From Promethearchaeia archaeon (GTDB lineage Archaea; Asgardarchaeota; Lokiarchaeia; Sigyniarchaeales; SOKP01): 28,998 nucleotides of DNA. The notes under the pieces were generated by a model. It was not told where the DNA came from. It was given only the letters and a program-made list of their open reading frames with translations, and did no database searches. The stretch is taken from contig JAHQWH010000135.1 in the NCBI GenBank assembly GCA_029856105.1, positions 1-28,998 of the forward strand, in the 5' to 3' direction. Below are positions 1 to 8,773 of this stretch, piece by piece; within the stretch, counting starts at the first letter, position 1, and each line of letters starts with the position of its first letter. Position numbers and translations under genes: made by a program.

Positions 1-925
1 CTCCATCTGTTATTGCCCTAATTTTTCCGTAAAAAGAAAAATTGGAAACCGTAAGAATTCTTGATAATAAATCAAATCTAATTAATCTACATATACCGCA
101 AAAGTACTTCATATCGCTTAATTCAGAAGTGAGTTCTTTTAAAATGTTATGTAAATCAACTTTTCTTAATCTGAACTGGTTAAAAGGTATGTAATCCGAT
201 ACTTCTTTCCAATTTGATATCCAGATATCGTTCAGCGCCTTATCTTCTGTAATATCAAATAACACAGGATAAATTTCAGCGCCCCTTCTCATTAATAAAA
301 AACCAGCTATTAAATCGTTTAACCTGCCGACATCCATTACTAATATCTTTTTTACAGGCTCAATTGGCAAGCCCCCCCACTTGCTCTTAATTACTTGAGA
401 AAATATGTATGAAAAGTCTTGCCTTATTTCAATAAAAATTTGTTTCTTTGGGTGAGTTAGATTTACCTTTAAGTTATGATTTGAGAGATTGTCAATGACG
501 GCTTTACCCGCGATTTTAGCCACTTCCATTGATGTATAGTCATGTTTTCCAGATCTTCTAACTCTGAGCGCAAAAGAATCTTCCTTTTCTAAAATTTCTT
601 TAGCTAATTCTATCGTTCTTTCAGTAATATTTTTAAGACTATTCGAAGTTCTAATTGCCGGACTGAGAGAATGCACTCCAAAAGCGTTTTTTAATACTTC
701 GATGGCATTAGAAATATCTTTATTGTTAAAAAAGAAAAATACTCTGGAGGAATCCTTGCTTAATTGATATTTATTAAAGGGAATTCCTTTTCTCTTGAGC
801 ATATTTTTTATATTATTCATTAAGAATTTGAGCATACGGATTTTTACTTTTTGCGATTTCAGCCAAATCTCAGCGTATCTTATTAGTATTAAGTTGTACT
901 GCTCTAGAATAAGGTTTTTTTCCAT
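1..925 (-). CDS. THUMP-domain ThiI-like protein (tRNA 4-thiouridine synthase homolog) with degenerate PP-loop; 3' end runs off the window
   Basis: Not in the ORF track; translated by hand from ATG at 925: MEKNLILEQYNLILIRYAEIWLKS...FGVHSLSPA...SFALRVRRSGKHDYTSMEVAKIAG...KVNLTHPKKQIFIEIR...WGGLPIE...ILVMDVGRLNDLIAGFLLMRRGAEI...FCGICRL...AITDG. This matches the ThiI architecture (NFLD + THUMP + GGLP + adenylation-like domain with CxxC). Open to position 1. Confidence 0.88.
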   Translation of the reverse strand, partial: MEKNLILEQYNLILIRYAEIWLKSQKVKIRMLKFLMNNIKNMLKRKGIPFNKYQLSKDSSRVFFFFNNKDISNAIEVLKNAFGVHSLSPAIRTSNSLKNITERTIELAKEILEKEDSFALRVRRSGKHDYTSMEVAKIAGKAVIDNLSNHNLKVNLTHPKKQIFIEIRQDFSYIFSQVIKSKWGGLPIEPVKKILVMDVGRLNDLIAGFLLMRRGAEIYPVLFDITEDKALNDIWISNWKEVSDYIPFNQFRLRKVDLHNILKELTSELSDMKYFCGICRLIRFDLLSRILTVSNFSFYGKIRAITDG

Positions 926-943
926 GGTATTTCTAATTCTCTT

Positions 944-2542
944 TTAAATTAAAATAGATAGGTAATAGTTTCCAATAACCTTTATCAATCCCGTTCGTAA
1001 GTTATGTTCTTTCAATACAACTAGTCCTTTCTTATAAATTTCAATTTCAATGAAAACCTCTTCAAAATATTTACCCTCAAGGTTTCCACCATTTGAAAAG
1101 ACTGTATTCTCAATTTTAACGTTAAATGAAATGCTCGGCGAGGAATTTAGTACCAGATCTATCTGTGATCTGGCAAATTGAGAAAGAACATCACCTGAAT
1201 CAATTAATTCAGTCCTCCACACGCTCAAAGGCGTTGCAATTAAATTATGAAAAAAACAAACTCCAAAAATTTTCTGATGACTAAGCGACAACACTTTTTC
1301 GATGAACCTATTCAATTTTTTTCGACCAATAAATCCTTCTTTCGAATCTAAAGTCGTAGAGTTCATACCTTGAAAGTATATATTGTCATTTTCATACAGC
1401 GGATCAAATTCTCCAAAGTAGTGTTTCCAGTATTCCCAAGCAAGAGGTTTTGAATCAGAATATCCCGGAACGGCCAAATAAGGATGCTTTAATTGATTTA
1501 GTTTATCCTTAGCTATTTGAAACTCTTCTTTAAAGCTATTCTTAGTAAGATTACCAGCATGAACAACTAAATCAACTTCGTTAATTTTATTAATTTTTTC
1601 AATTGCTTTATCAAAATTATTGAAATTACTCTCAAATAGTTCTGAAACTAAAGAATTTGATATTTGAATAAATCTAGCAATAGGTTTTTGTTTTTTATCT
1701 ATCTGTAATGGAATGTAATAGTTAACTTCGCGGAGAATTTCTCGTTGAGAATTTGAATCTAATACGGGAATCACTTTAAAATTTAGATTGTTACCGTCAA
1801 TATCTATGATTGAATAAGTAAATAATTCACGATACCTAGTTTTGTTACAACAAAAAGTTCCTGCATTAAAAATAAATAAATCTTTCTCGCTGCTACTCAC
1901 AGTATATAAATTAGAAAAATGTCTATGGCCATTTAAAACTAAATCTGCTTTTGCCTCTAAAAGCATTTTAAGCATATCTCCTGAATCATCTATCGCTGAT
2001 CGTTCTTTTCCTGTGTTAGGTATTGGTATTAATTGATGGTGAAAACACACAACCTTGAATTTATTTTCTCTTTCAGGTTTCTCTAGCTTTTTTCTAACTG
2101 ATTCGATTATATTATGATGAATTATTCCTCCAGGTAAATCGGGTTTTGTACTATCTATCCCATATATATAAATATCGTCATCTTCATACGTATAATGTCT
2201 TTTTCCGACCATTTCTTCAAATAATAAATACCCTACATTCATTGCGTCGTGGTTTCCTATTAAAAATATCATTTTTGGACTTTTGGATAAAGGCTCGAAC
2301 TTTTCAAATTGCTCTAATGCATACTCGTAATCTAATAATGTTCCCATTTGAGTAATATCTCCTAAATGCAAGTAAACAGACGCGTCTTTAATCTTATTTA
2401 TTTTTTCCATCCCAACATTAAAGGCGTGAAGGTTAAATGAGCCACCCGATCGAGTAATATGTGTATCAGATATGATTACAAGTCTTTTTTTCGCCTCTAA
2501 CTTCTCCTTTGGATTAATTTTAAAGCTATTTTCGGAGATCAT
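944..2542 (-). CDS. Tandem calcineurin-like metallophosphoesterase (CpdA-like); N-terminal domain intact, C-terminal domain degenerate
   Basis: N-domain motifs SDTH, LGD, GNHD, FHH, GHRH. The second copy has ISNSL, AGN, GYSD, FHN, NSSP at the equivalent positions. Confidence 0.9.
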   Translation of the reverse strand: MISENSFKINPKEKLEAKKRLVIISDTHITRSGGSFNLHAFNVGMEKINKIKDASVYLHLGDITQMGTLLDYEYALEQFEKFEPLSKSPKMIFLIGNHDAMNVGYLLFEEMVGKRHYTYEDDDIYIYGIDSTKPDLPGGIIHHNIIESVRKKLEKPERENKFKVVCFHHQLIPIPNTGKERSAIDDSGDMLKMLLEAKADLVLNGHRHFSNLYTVSSSEKDLFIFNAGTFCCNKTRYRELFTYSIIDIDGNNLNFKVIPVLDSNSQREILREVNYYIPLQIDKKQKPIARFIQISNSLVSELFESNFNNFDKAIEKINKINEVDLVVHAGNLTKNSFKEEFQIAKDKLNQLKHPYLAVPGYSDSKPLAWEYWKHYFGEFDPLYENDNIYFQGMNSTTLDSKEGFIGRKKLNRFIEKVLSLSHQKIFGVCFFHNLIATPLSVWRTELIDSGDVLSQFARSQIDLVLNSSPSISFNVKIENTVFSNGGNLEGKYFEEVFIEIEIYKKGLVVLKEHNLRTGLIKVIGNYYLSILI

Positions 2543-2546
2543 ATTT

Positions 2547-3284
2547 CTATGTATTTTTTAATTTTGCTGGATGACCCAAATAAATTGAATTTTCTCTTAG
2601 AACCTGGTCGTAACTTGTATAAGAATGAGCTGAAAGCTTCGAATTTTGTTCCATAACCGTACCGGGCAGAAGAACGCATTTGGCTCCGATAAGAGCACCA
2701 TTTCCCACTCTTATTTTTCTCAAAATGAAATTATCTTGTTCAATACCAAAACTCAAGATCGTAGAATTCATTCCTATTATAACATTCGCACCAATTGATA
2801 CGAATTCCGAAGAAATCCAACTATTATCGCAAATTGTTTTTTTCCCGATTTTTACGCCAAAAAACCATAAAGTGAACCGATTTTTAAACCATGGAAACGG
2901 ATTTGAAGCCGTAACATATAATGGACATTTTTTAACAATATTCCGTATATTCCAAAAAAGATAATCCCGATCTTCTAAAGATCGTTTGAAATTACCTTCC
3001 TTTGGAACATGTAGTAGGTTAACTATTTTTAAAATTAAAACTGATATTAAAGTCGCACTAAATTGAACTATATAGATCGCGGCTAAAACATTAAGCGGTA
3101 ACAATATAAAGAATAACCAATAATCCGTTTTGCTCCAAAAATAAATAACGTACGAATATTCAAAAATAGAGAGGGGAACAAGGCTAAGAATAATTATTCC
3201 AATATATAAAATTAGATATTTACCTCTGATTCTCTCGTCTATAGGTGATGGTGAATCTCCCTTTAAGCTAACGGGTTGAAACAT
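2547..3284 (-). CDS. Membrane protein with 2 TM helices and a C-terminal left-handed beta-helix (hexapeptide acyltransferase-like) domain
   Basis: Hydrophobic N-terminal half, then FGVKIGKKTI...VSIGANVIIG...IRVGNGALIGAKCVLLPGT...GHPAK hexapeptide repeats. Confidence 0.85.
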   Translation of the reverse strand: MFQPVSLKGDSPSPIDERIRGKYLILYIGIIILSLVPLSIFEYSYVIYFWSKTDYWLFFILLPLNVLAAIYIVQFSATLISVLILKIVNLLHVPKEGNFKRSLEDRDYLFWNIRNIVKKCPLYVTASNPFPWFKNRFTLWFFGVKIGKKTICDNSWISSEFVSIGANVIIGMNSTILSFGIEQDNFILRKIRVGNGALIGAKCVLLPGTVMEQNSKLSAHSYTSYDQVLRENSIYLGHPAKLKNT

Positions 3285-3287
3285 TTT

Positions 3288-4166
3288 TTACTCCTCTTTT
3301 AAATTTAGATCGATTTCATTTTGATTCGCTTCGGCATTTGAAGGCTCTAGTTTAACTTTTTCTGCTTTGTTTTTCGACTCTTCGACAGATTGAATAGGCA
3401 ATGTTAAACTCACTGGAGTTCCTATGTGAATTAAATTACCTTCTAATTCCTGTTCAATTGATGTATAACTATTTACGCCCAATACAGCGAAATCTTGCAT
3501 GATTGTTCCAGGCGAAACTATTGTGTGAGGTCCTACAACGCATGCCTTTCCAATCTTTACTTTTTTAATTAGGATTTTGTCTTGATAAATTAAATGTGAA
3601 AAAATGCAAATATTTAATGAAGTCATCGTAAAATCACCAATTTCTATAAACAAAGGATCTACATACCCTTCATATAAAACTACACTTTTTCCAACCCGAG
3701 TACCGAAAAATCGATAAACAACAATATCAATCCAAGGCAAAGGTAAAGCTCTTGCCAACCATATTGGGAAATATGCCACCCAAAACCTCCTATGCATGTA
3801 CTTCCAGTCCTTACTTCCTCTCTCAAAAATTCCCTCTCGGGGTGGAGAAAGTTTGTTCAGTAGTTTAAAAATTCCGGCAGAAAATAATATGATTGTAAAT
3901 GTGAATAGTAAAATATTACCATATATATTTAGAGGAAGCAATAACCAATAATACCACTCAGCTTTTAACCCAAAAGAATAAAAATCGCTTCCAGTTAAAA
4001 GATAATATAGACCATTGATAAACCATAAGTTAACAAGAAATAAAACTATACCCCCTACAAACAATTGTACAATTATAATCAAAGAAAAAGGGGTTTTGTA
4101 AACTCCAGATGTAGATATAAAATCCATTTCAAATTTGGAGTAATTATCTCTCTCCATTTTGATCAA
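3288..4166 (-). CDS. Membrane protein with 2 TM helices and a left-handed beta-helix domain; paralog of 2547..3284 (likely start ATG at 4157)
   Basis: TM segments, PPREGIFERGSKDWKY linker, FGTRVGKSVV...IEIGDFT...VKIGKACVVGPHTIVSPGT...GTPV repeats. Confidence 0.85.
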   Translation of the reverse strand: MIKMERDNYSKFEMDFISTSGVYKTPFSLIIIVQLFVGGIVLFLVNLWFINGLYYLLTGSDFYSFGLKAEWYYWLLLPLNIYGNILLFTFTIILFSAGIFKLLNKLSPPREGIFERGSKDWKYMHRRFWVAYFPIWLARALPLPWIDIVVYRFFGTRVGKSVVLYEGYVDPLFIEIGDFTMTSLNICIFSHLIYQDKILIKKVKIGKACVVGPHTIVSPGTIMQDFAVLGVNSYTSIEQELEGNLIHIGTPVSLTLPIQSVEESKNKAEKVKLEPSNAEANQNEIDLNLKEE

Positions 4167-4352
4167 TTCTAATCTGATAAGTTATTATTATTATAATGTA
4201 ACAACCGTAAAATAAATAAATTTTACACAATTTTTACTTTAAAGTATTGTTTTTTATAAAAATAGATTTTTAAAACAAACTTATTATAGTTATTATAAAT
4301 ATAAAAAATTAATAACCAAAAAAATCAAAATTCATACATAAAGTGAAAAACA

Positions 4353-5276
4353 ATGTCGATAGACTGGGCTAAAGCAGAAGAAAAACCTGATAAGAAGCAA
4401 GCCGTAGAAGGAAGGTTCTTATTAGACTTAAGAGCGAAAGTTAATGATTTAGAAAAACAACTTAGCGAAACTAAAAATGATTTTAATGGAACGCAAAGTA
4501 ACCTTAAAGCTACTGAGGGAAAACTCGAGGCTGCTACAAAAGATCTTAATAATACTAAATCTGCGCTCGATAGCACCAAAACTGAGTTAAATGAAACTAA
4601 ATCGATGTTAGAACAAGTTAACGGCAAACTGGAAGACAAAATACAAACTGTAAATAATTTGAATTCTGAAATTGAAGGCTTGAAATCTAATCTCGAAAAC
4701 GTAAATAGTAAAACAAGCGAACTTGAAGCGAAATTAGAAAGCAAAGAGCAAGAATTCGAAGCAACTATCTCGAGTTTATCTTCAGAGCTAGACGCATCTA
4801 AAGCTCAAATAAATGGGTTTCAGGACCAATTAGCCGAAATTCAAAGCTCAAACTCAGAAAACGAGATAAAAGTTGATTCTCTAACTTCTGAAATTCAAGA
4901 ATTGAATAGCAAACTTACGAGTACCCAAGAAGAAAACACGAAATTGAACGAACAATTAATGGAATTAAATAACTTATTGCTACAAAAAGACACCAATATT
5001 CAAGAGTTAGGTAGTAATTTAGGTGTTAAAGAAAAACTAATCGAAGCTCAAACTGCTCATCTAGAGGAAGTTGAAACCGAATTAGGCGAATTAAAACCTC
5101 CAGAAATGGGTACGGGTGGTTTTGCTAGCGACGAAAGGACAACTTGCCCCATGTGCGGATCAGTAGGAAAAGAAATCAAGCAAATTGAGGATAAATCAAA
5201 AGTCTTGTCTTATGTTGGCCATATACCCATGTATGCTAAAAAACATGTATGTAAGAAGTGTGGCTACGAATTCTGA
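4353..5276 (+). CDS. Long coiled-coil protein with C-terminal zinc ribbon
   Basis: About 220 aa of heptad repeats followed by CPMCG...CKKCGYEF. Confidence 0.85.
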   Translation: MSIDWAKAEEKPDKKQAVEGRFLLDLRAKVNDLEKQLSETKNDFNGTQSNLKATEGKLEAATKDLNNTKSALDSTKTELNETKSMLEQVNGKLEDKIQTVNNLNSEIEGLKSNLENVNSKTSELEAKLESKEQEFEATISSLSSELDASKAQINGFQDQLAEIQSSNSENEIKVDSLTSEIQELNSKLTSTQEENTKLNEQLMELNNLLLQKDTNIQELGSNLGVKEKLIEAQTAHLEEVETELGELKPPEMGTGGFASDERTTCPMCGSVGKEIKQIEDKSKVLSYVGHIPMYAKKHVCKKCGYEF

Positions 5277-5364
5277 ATTCTGAATTATTATTTCTTTTAT
5301 TTTTCTTATCTAATTTTTAATATTTATTGATTGTTAAGAGCTAATTTAATAGCTAGAGGAAAAT

Positions 5365-5446
5365 TTATTTCTCTTTTATCGATAATAAACAATTAATTAA
5401 AAAAAAATAATTAATTGCTTTCTTTTATATCTCTTTCATCGATAAT
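5365..5446. repeat. 22-bp imperfect direct repeat (60-bp period) flanking a 10-bp perfect inverted repeat
   Basis: ttatttctcttttatcgataat (5365-5386) vs ttatatctctttcatcgataat (5425-5446); caattaatta (5390-5399) / taattaattg (5408-5417) with an A8 loop. Confidence 0.6.
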
Positions 5447-5630
5447 TAAAGACTGGATCGTTAATAATATCCCAAACAGCCCAAGTATTTTTACGGCCCT
5501 TTTTTTACTATTCTTCCATCCAAATAATAATTTTTTTCATTAATATCAAAAATAATATTAATTTCTATAATTATTTGAAATGTTTTTGCATTAAAAAAAA
5601 ATTAATTAGAAAAAAAAGATATTTTTAATT

Positions 5631-7022
5631 TTAGACTCTTGCTTTCTTTTGTTCGTGAATTTCCTCGAGTTTTTCTTTGATTTCCTTAAGCTTTTCACCG
5701 TGTAAGGGGTATTTGTATATTGCCAATATGGCAATTAATAGAGCTATGGCTGGAAATACAAATATTAACACTTTTAATCCTAAGACAACTTCTGGAGTTA
5801 CAAGAGACGGTTCAAAGGTTGTCCAACCAACAGTACTAAAAACTGTGCTTATGGCTAAAATTACTAAAATATTAGAAAACCTAAGGACGAAAGCATTTAC
5901 GCCATAAAATCCCGCTTCTCTACGCATTCCTGTAGCAATTTCGTCTTCGTCTACGATATCCGCAACAACTAGATCAATAATATACAATGAGCCAGATAAA
6001 CCCATCCCTATAAAGAAGAAAACAATCAACCCTGATATGAGTTCATCTATAAACATTAAAGGAAACAGTGATAATATCCAAACAGTCATTGAGATCATCC
6101 ACGCTTTTCTATTACCGAATTTACGAACAATTGGTCTCCACAAGAATGTAATAAAAATCGTAGCTGAAATAAACGTTAAACCTAAAAGTAGTGAAGCCAT
6201 GAATGCGTCTGATTCATTTAAAACGAATTTTGCATAGAGTGGAACGAGAGTAGGAAGCATACCAAATACAAACCAATTTGATGTTTCCGAAACGATATAC
6301 CATCTAAAAGATTTACTCTTAAAGCAAAATTTTATAGTTTTAAAGAAACCAAATGCATTCTTATAATCTTCTCGAAATTCTTGTTTTTCTTTTGGACCAA
6401 ATAGAAGAAAAATTAATGCCCCCACGATTACAATTATTCCGGCTATTATTCCGAACAATTGATATTCAGGTAACGCTGTTGGAACAGAAAAATCTGATAT
6501 TATTAGTCCAGGCAATATAAACGCAAAAATTAAGCCTATAATTGAGAAAATTTGACGAACATTATTTGCTTTCGTTCGTTCTTGCTCGGTCATGAAAACT
6601 TCTGGAAAAAGTGACGTCAGATTTAAACTGAAAGCAGTGTAAAATAGTTCAAAGACGAGAATAATCATTAAAAAATAGTAGAAATTACCAACTTGATTTA
6701 TTGGACCGACAGGCAACGGAGGTGTAAACAGAAAATACATTACTACCGCCAAAGGTACGAAAAATACAACAATATAAGGCAAACGGCGACCCCATTTTGT
6801 GTGAGTTCTATCTGATAAATATCCTATTAAAGGGTCGTTAAACATGTTCCAAACCGTCCATATAAAATATCCTAGAGTGATTAACCATATATTTATTTGA
6901 ACTACAGTAAAATAAAATGTAAAAATTAAAAGAATAAATGCTTGGTAGGCTGTTACATCACTTATTTGACCAAAACTATAGAAAAACGCTTTTTTAAGAG
7001 TTCCAGATTCTTTTTTACTCAA
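5631..7022 (-). CDS. MFS transporter, glycoside-pentoside-hexuronide (MelB/MFS_2) family
   Basis: Many TM segments; WNMFNDPLIGYLSDRTHTKWGRRLPY and ADIVDEDEIATGMRREAGFYG motifs; TTG start with GGTGA RBS 6 nt upstream. Confidence 0.93.
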   Translation of the reverse strand: MSKKESGTLKKAFFYSFGQISDVTAYQAFILLIFTFYFTVVQINIWLITLGYFIWTVWNMFNDPLIGYLSDRTHTKWGRRLPYIVVFFVPLAVVMYFLFTPPLPVGPINQVGNFYYFLMIILVFELFYTAFSLNLTSLFPEVFMTEQERTKANNVRQIFSIIGLIFAFILPGLIISDFSVPTALPEYQLFGIIAGIIVIVGALIFLLFGPKEKQEFREDYKNAFGFFKTIKFCFKSKSFRWYIVSETSNWFVFGMLPTLVPLYAKFVLNESDAFMASLLLGLTFISATIFITFLWRPIVRKFGNRKAWMISMTVWILSLFPLMFIDELISGLIVFFFIGMGLSGSLYIIDLVVADIVDEDEIATGMRREAGFYGVNAFVLRFSNILVILAISTVFSTVGWTTFEPSLVTPEVVLGLKVLIFVFPAIALLIAILAIYKYPLHGEKLKEIKEKLEEIHEQKKARV

Positions 7023-7028
7023 AAATCA

Positions 7029-7033
7029 TCACC
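7029..7033 (-). promoter_or_regulatory. Shine-Dalgarno (GGTGA) for the TTG start at 7022
   Basis: Minus strand reads GGTGA-tgattt-TTG. Confidence 0.6.
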
Positions 7034-7140
7034 AATTAATCAATTTTAATAAATTTGTAATTAATTAATTAAATTCAATTTTTTCTTTAATAAATGTTTA
7101 GTTAAGATATATTTCATTAATCATAATAAAATTAAGAGAT

Positions 7141-8661
7141 TTAAATTTTAAATCTTTTCATCATCCTATATATACTTAGTATAATCGCGTTAACACCGCC
7201 CCCACTTTCGCTTTGTGCACCCACAAACCATAAATTCTCAATTGGAGTCTTGTGAGGAATACCTTGTTTGCCCATGATTGGTGCTATTCCACCAAAAGCG
7301 TGATGATCTAAATTAGTTCTTTGCCGAAAATCTTCTGGAGTCATAATTGTTTTAGTTTTGATGTGGTCTCGAAGGTTAGGAATCCTTTTCTCGGCATATT
7401 CTAACAGTTTATCAGCGTATTCTTCTTTTTTCTCCTCCCAATTTCCTTCTTTTAATGAATCTGGACAAATCGTATATATAGTTATCGCATTATGATCTGG
7501 AGGAGCCATCGATGGAGAATGAAATGAAGGGACATGTACTACAAAACCATCTGCCCCTTCGTGATAAATTCCTTTTAGGCAGCGTTCTACTCCTCCCTCA
7601 ATATCGTATGTCCCATAATAATAAGTACACACTTCTGATAAGTAGGGCGACGGGTTATAATCTACACCTATATGAACCATAAATACAGAATCCATTAAAG
7701 AAATATTTTCGACATCCTCTAAAAATTCTATAGGTAAATCTTTATTTTCAATTAGCTTCAGAAATGTTTCTTTCGCCCCTCCGCTGGCAATTATTAAGTC
7801 TGCAGGGTGTGTTTGGCCGTCGTCAGTTCGTAAACCTGCAACCTTATTGTTTTCAACGAGTATTTTTGAAACCAAACTATTTGTTAAGATTTTTCCTCCT
7901 TTTTGTTGAATATTTTTGCTTAATGCGTCAATTAAAGAACTAATCCCTCCTAAAACATTAAAAAGATGTAAATGCTCAGATTTTTTCGTTAATTTTTTTG
8001 GCATTCGTTTATCGTAAAAAGGTTCTGGATTTAAAGCGAAAACCCCGAGTCCAATAAACTGAGTTGGTTTTACGAAAAAATCTGCCAATATAGAGATAAA
8101 TATGCTTTGAAGCTTTTTGGATTTAAAGAGATGATCCATTAATTTTTGAGCGCTCCAATTTTTTTTGGTAATCAAAGGGAGTAATGTTAGTAATAGAGAA
8201 ATTTTATAACCAAATTTTCTTATTCCTTTTGCTTTTTCCATTTTACGCGCGATTGTCATTAGTTTCATAAAGCGCAGATAATATTTCCAGTATTTTGATA
8301 ATCCTTTAGCGTCCTCTGGAAAAAGTTCCCTTAACTTATCCATTCTCCATTTAAGCCCTTCATACTTCTCAGGCCGTTTTATTTCAAAATCGGGGAAAAT
8401 ATATGTTCGATCGTCCTTTATCACTTCAATTTGATCCAATACTCCCAATTCTTTAAGTACATCACCAACGGGTTCTCCTGCCCCTATCCCCTCGAGTAGA
8501 AGTTGCCCTAAATCCCATTTATATCCGTTCTTTTCGAATGAAGCAGTAACACCTCCAATTTGATTAAATTGCTCAAAAATAGTGACTTCATGGCCATTCT
8601 TTACTAAATATGCCGCAGAGGTTAACCCTGCGATACCAGATCCAATTACACATACTTTCAT
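7141..8661 (-). CDS. FAD-dependent oxidoreductase, phytoene desaturase (CrtI/CrtD)/retinol saturase family
   Basis: N-terminal VIGSGIAGL...IFEQ...GG dinucleotide fold; DSVFMVHIG, PSMAPP, TPEDF and TPIENLWFVGAQ...GGGV motifs. Confidence 0.88.
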   Translation of the reverse strand: MKVCVIGSGIAGLTSAAYLVKNGHEVTIFEQFNQIGGVTASFEKNGYKWDLGQLLLEGIGAGEPVGDVLKELGVLDQIEVIKDDRTYIFPDFEIKRPEKYEGLKWRMDKLRELFPEDAKGLSKYWKYYLRFMKLMTIARKMEKAKGIRKFGYKISLLLTLLPLITKKNWSAQKLMDHLFKSKKLQSIFISILADFFVKPTQFIGLGVFALNPEPFYDKRMPKKLTKKSEHLHLFNVLGGISSLIDALSKNIQQKGGKILTNSLVSKILVENNKVAGLRTDDGQTHPADLIIASGGAKETFLKLIENKDLPIEFLEDVENISLMDSVFMVHIGVDYNPSPYLSEVCTYYYGTYDIEGGVERCLKGIYHEGADGFVVHVPSFHSPSMAPPDHNAITIYTICPDSLKEGNWEEKKEEYADKLLEYAEKRIPNLRDHIKTKTIMTPEDFRQRTNLDHHAFGGIAPIMGKQGIPHKTPIENLWFVGAQSESGGGVNAIILSIYRMMKRFKI

Positions 8662-8773
8662 AGAATTTTCAATTTCAATAATGAATTTTAATGATTAACA
8701 CAAGTCTAATATCAAAATAATTAATTTTAACAATACTTTACTTAATAAATATTTAGTACAATAAAAAAAAAAG

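Noticed and set aside
4325-4744. 139-aa antisense ORF
   Set aside because: Shadow of the coiled-coil gene on the opposite strand; Ser/Leu/Phe-rich composition typical of antisense frames.
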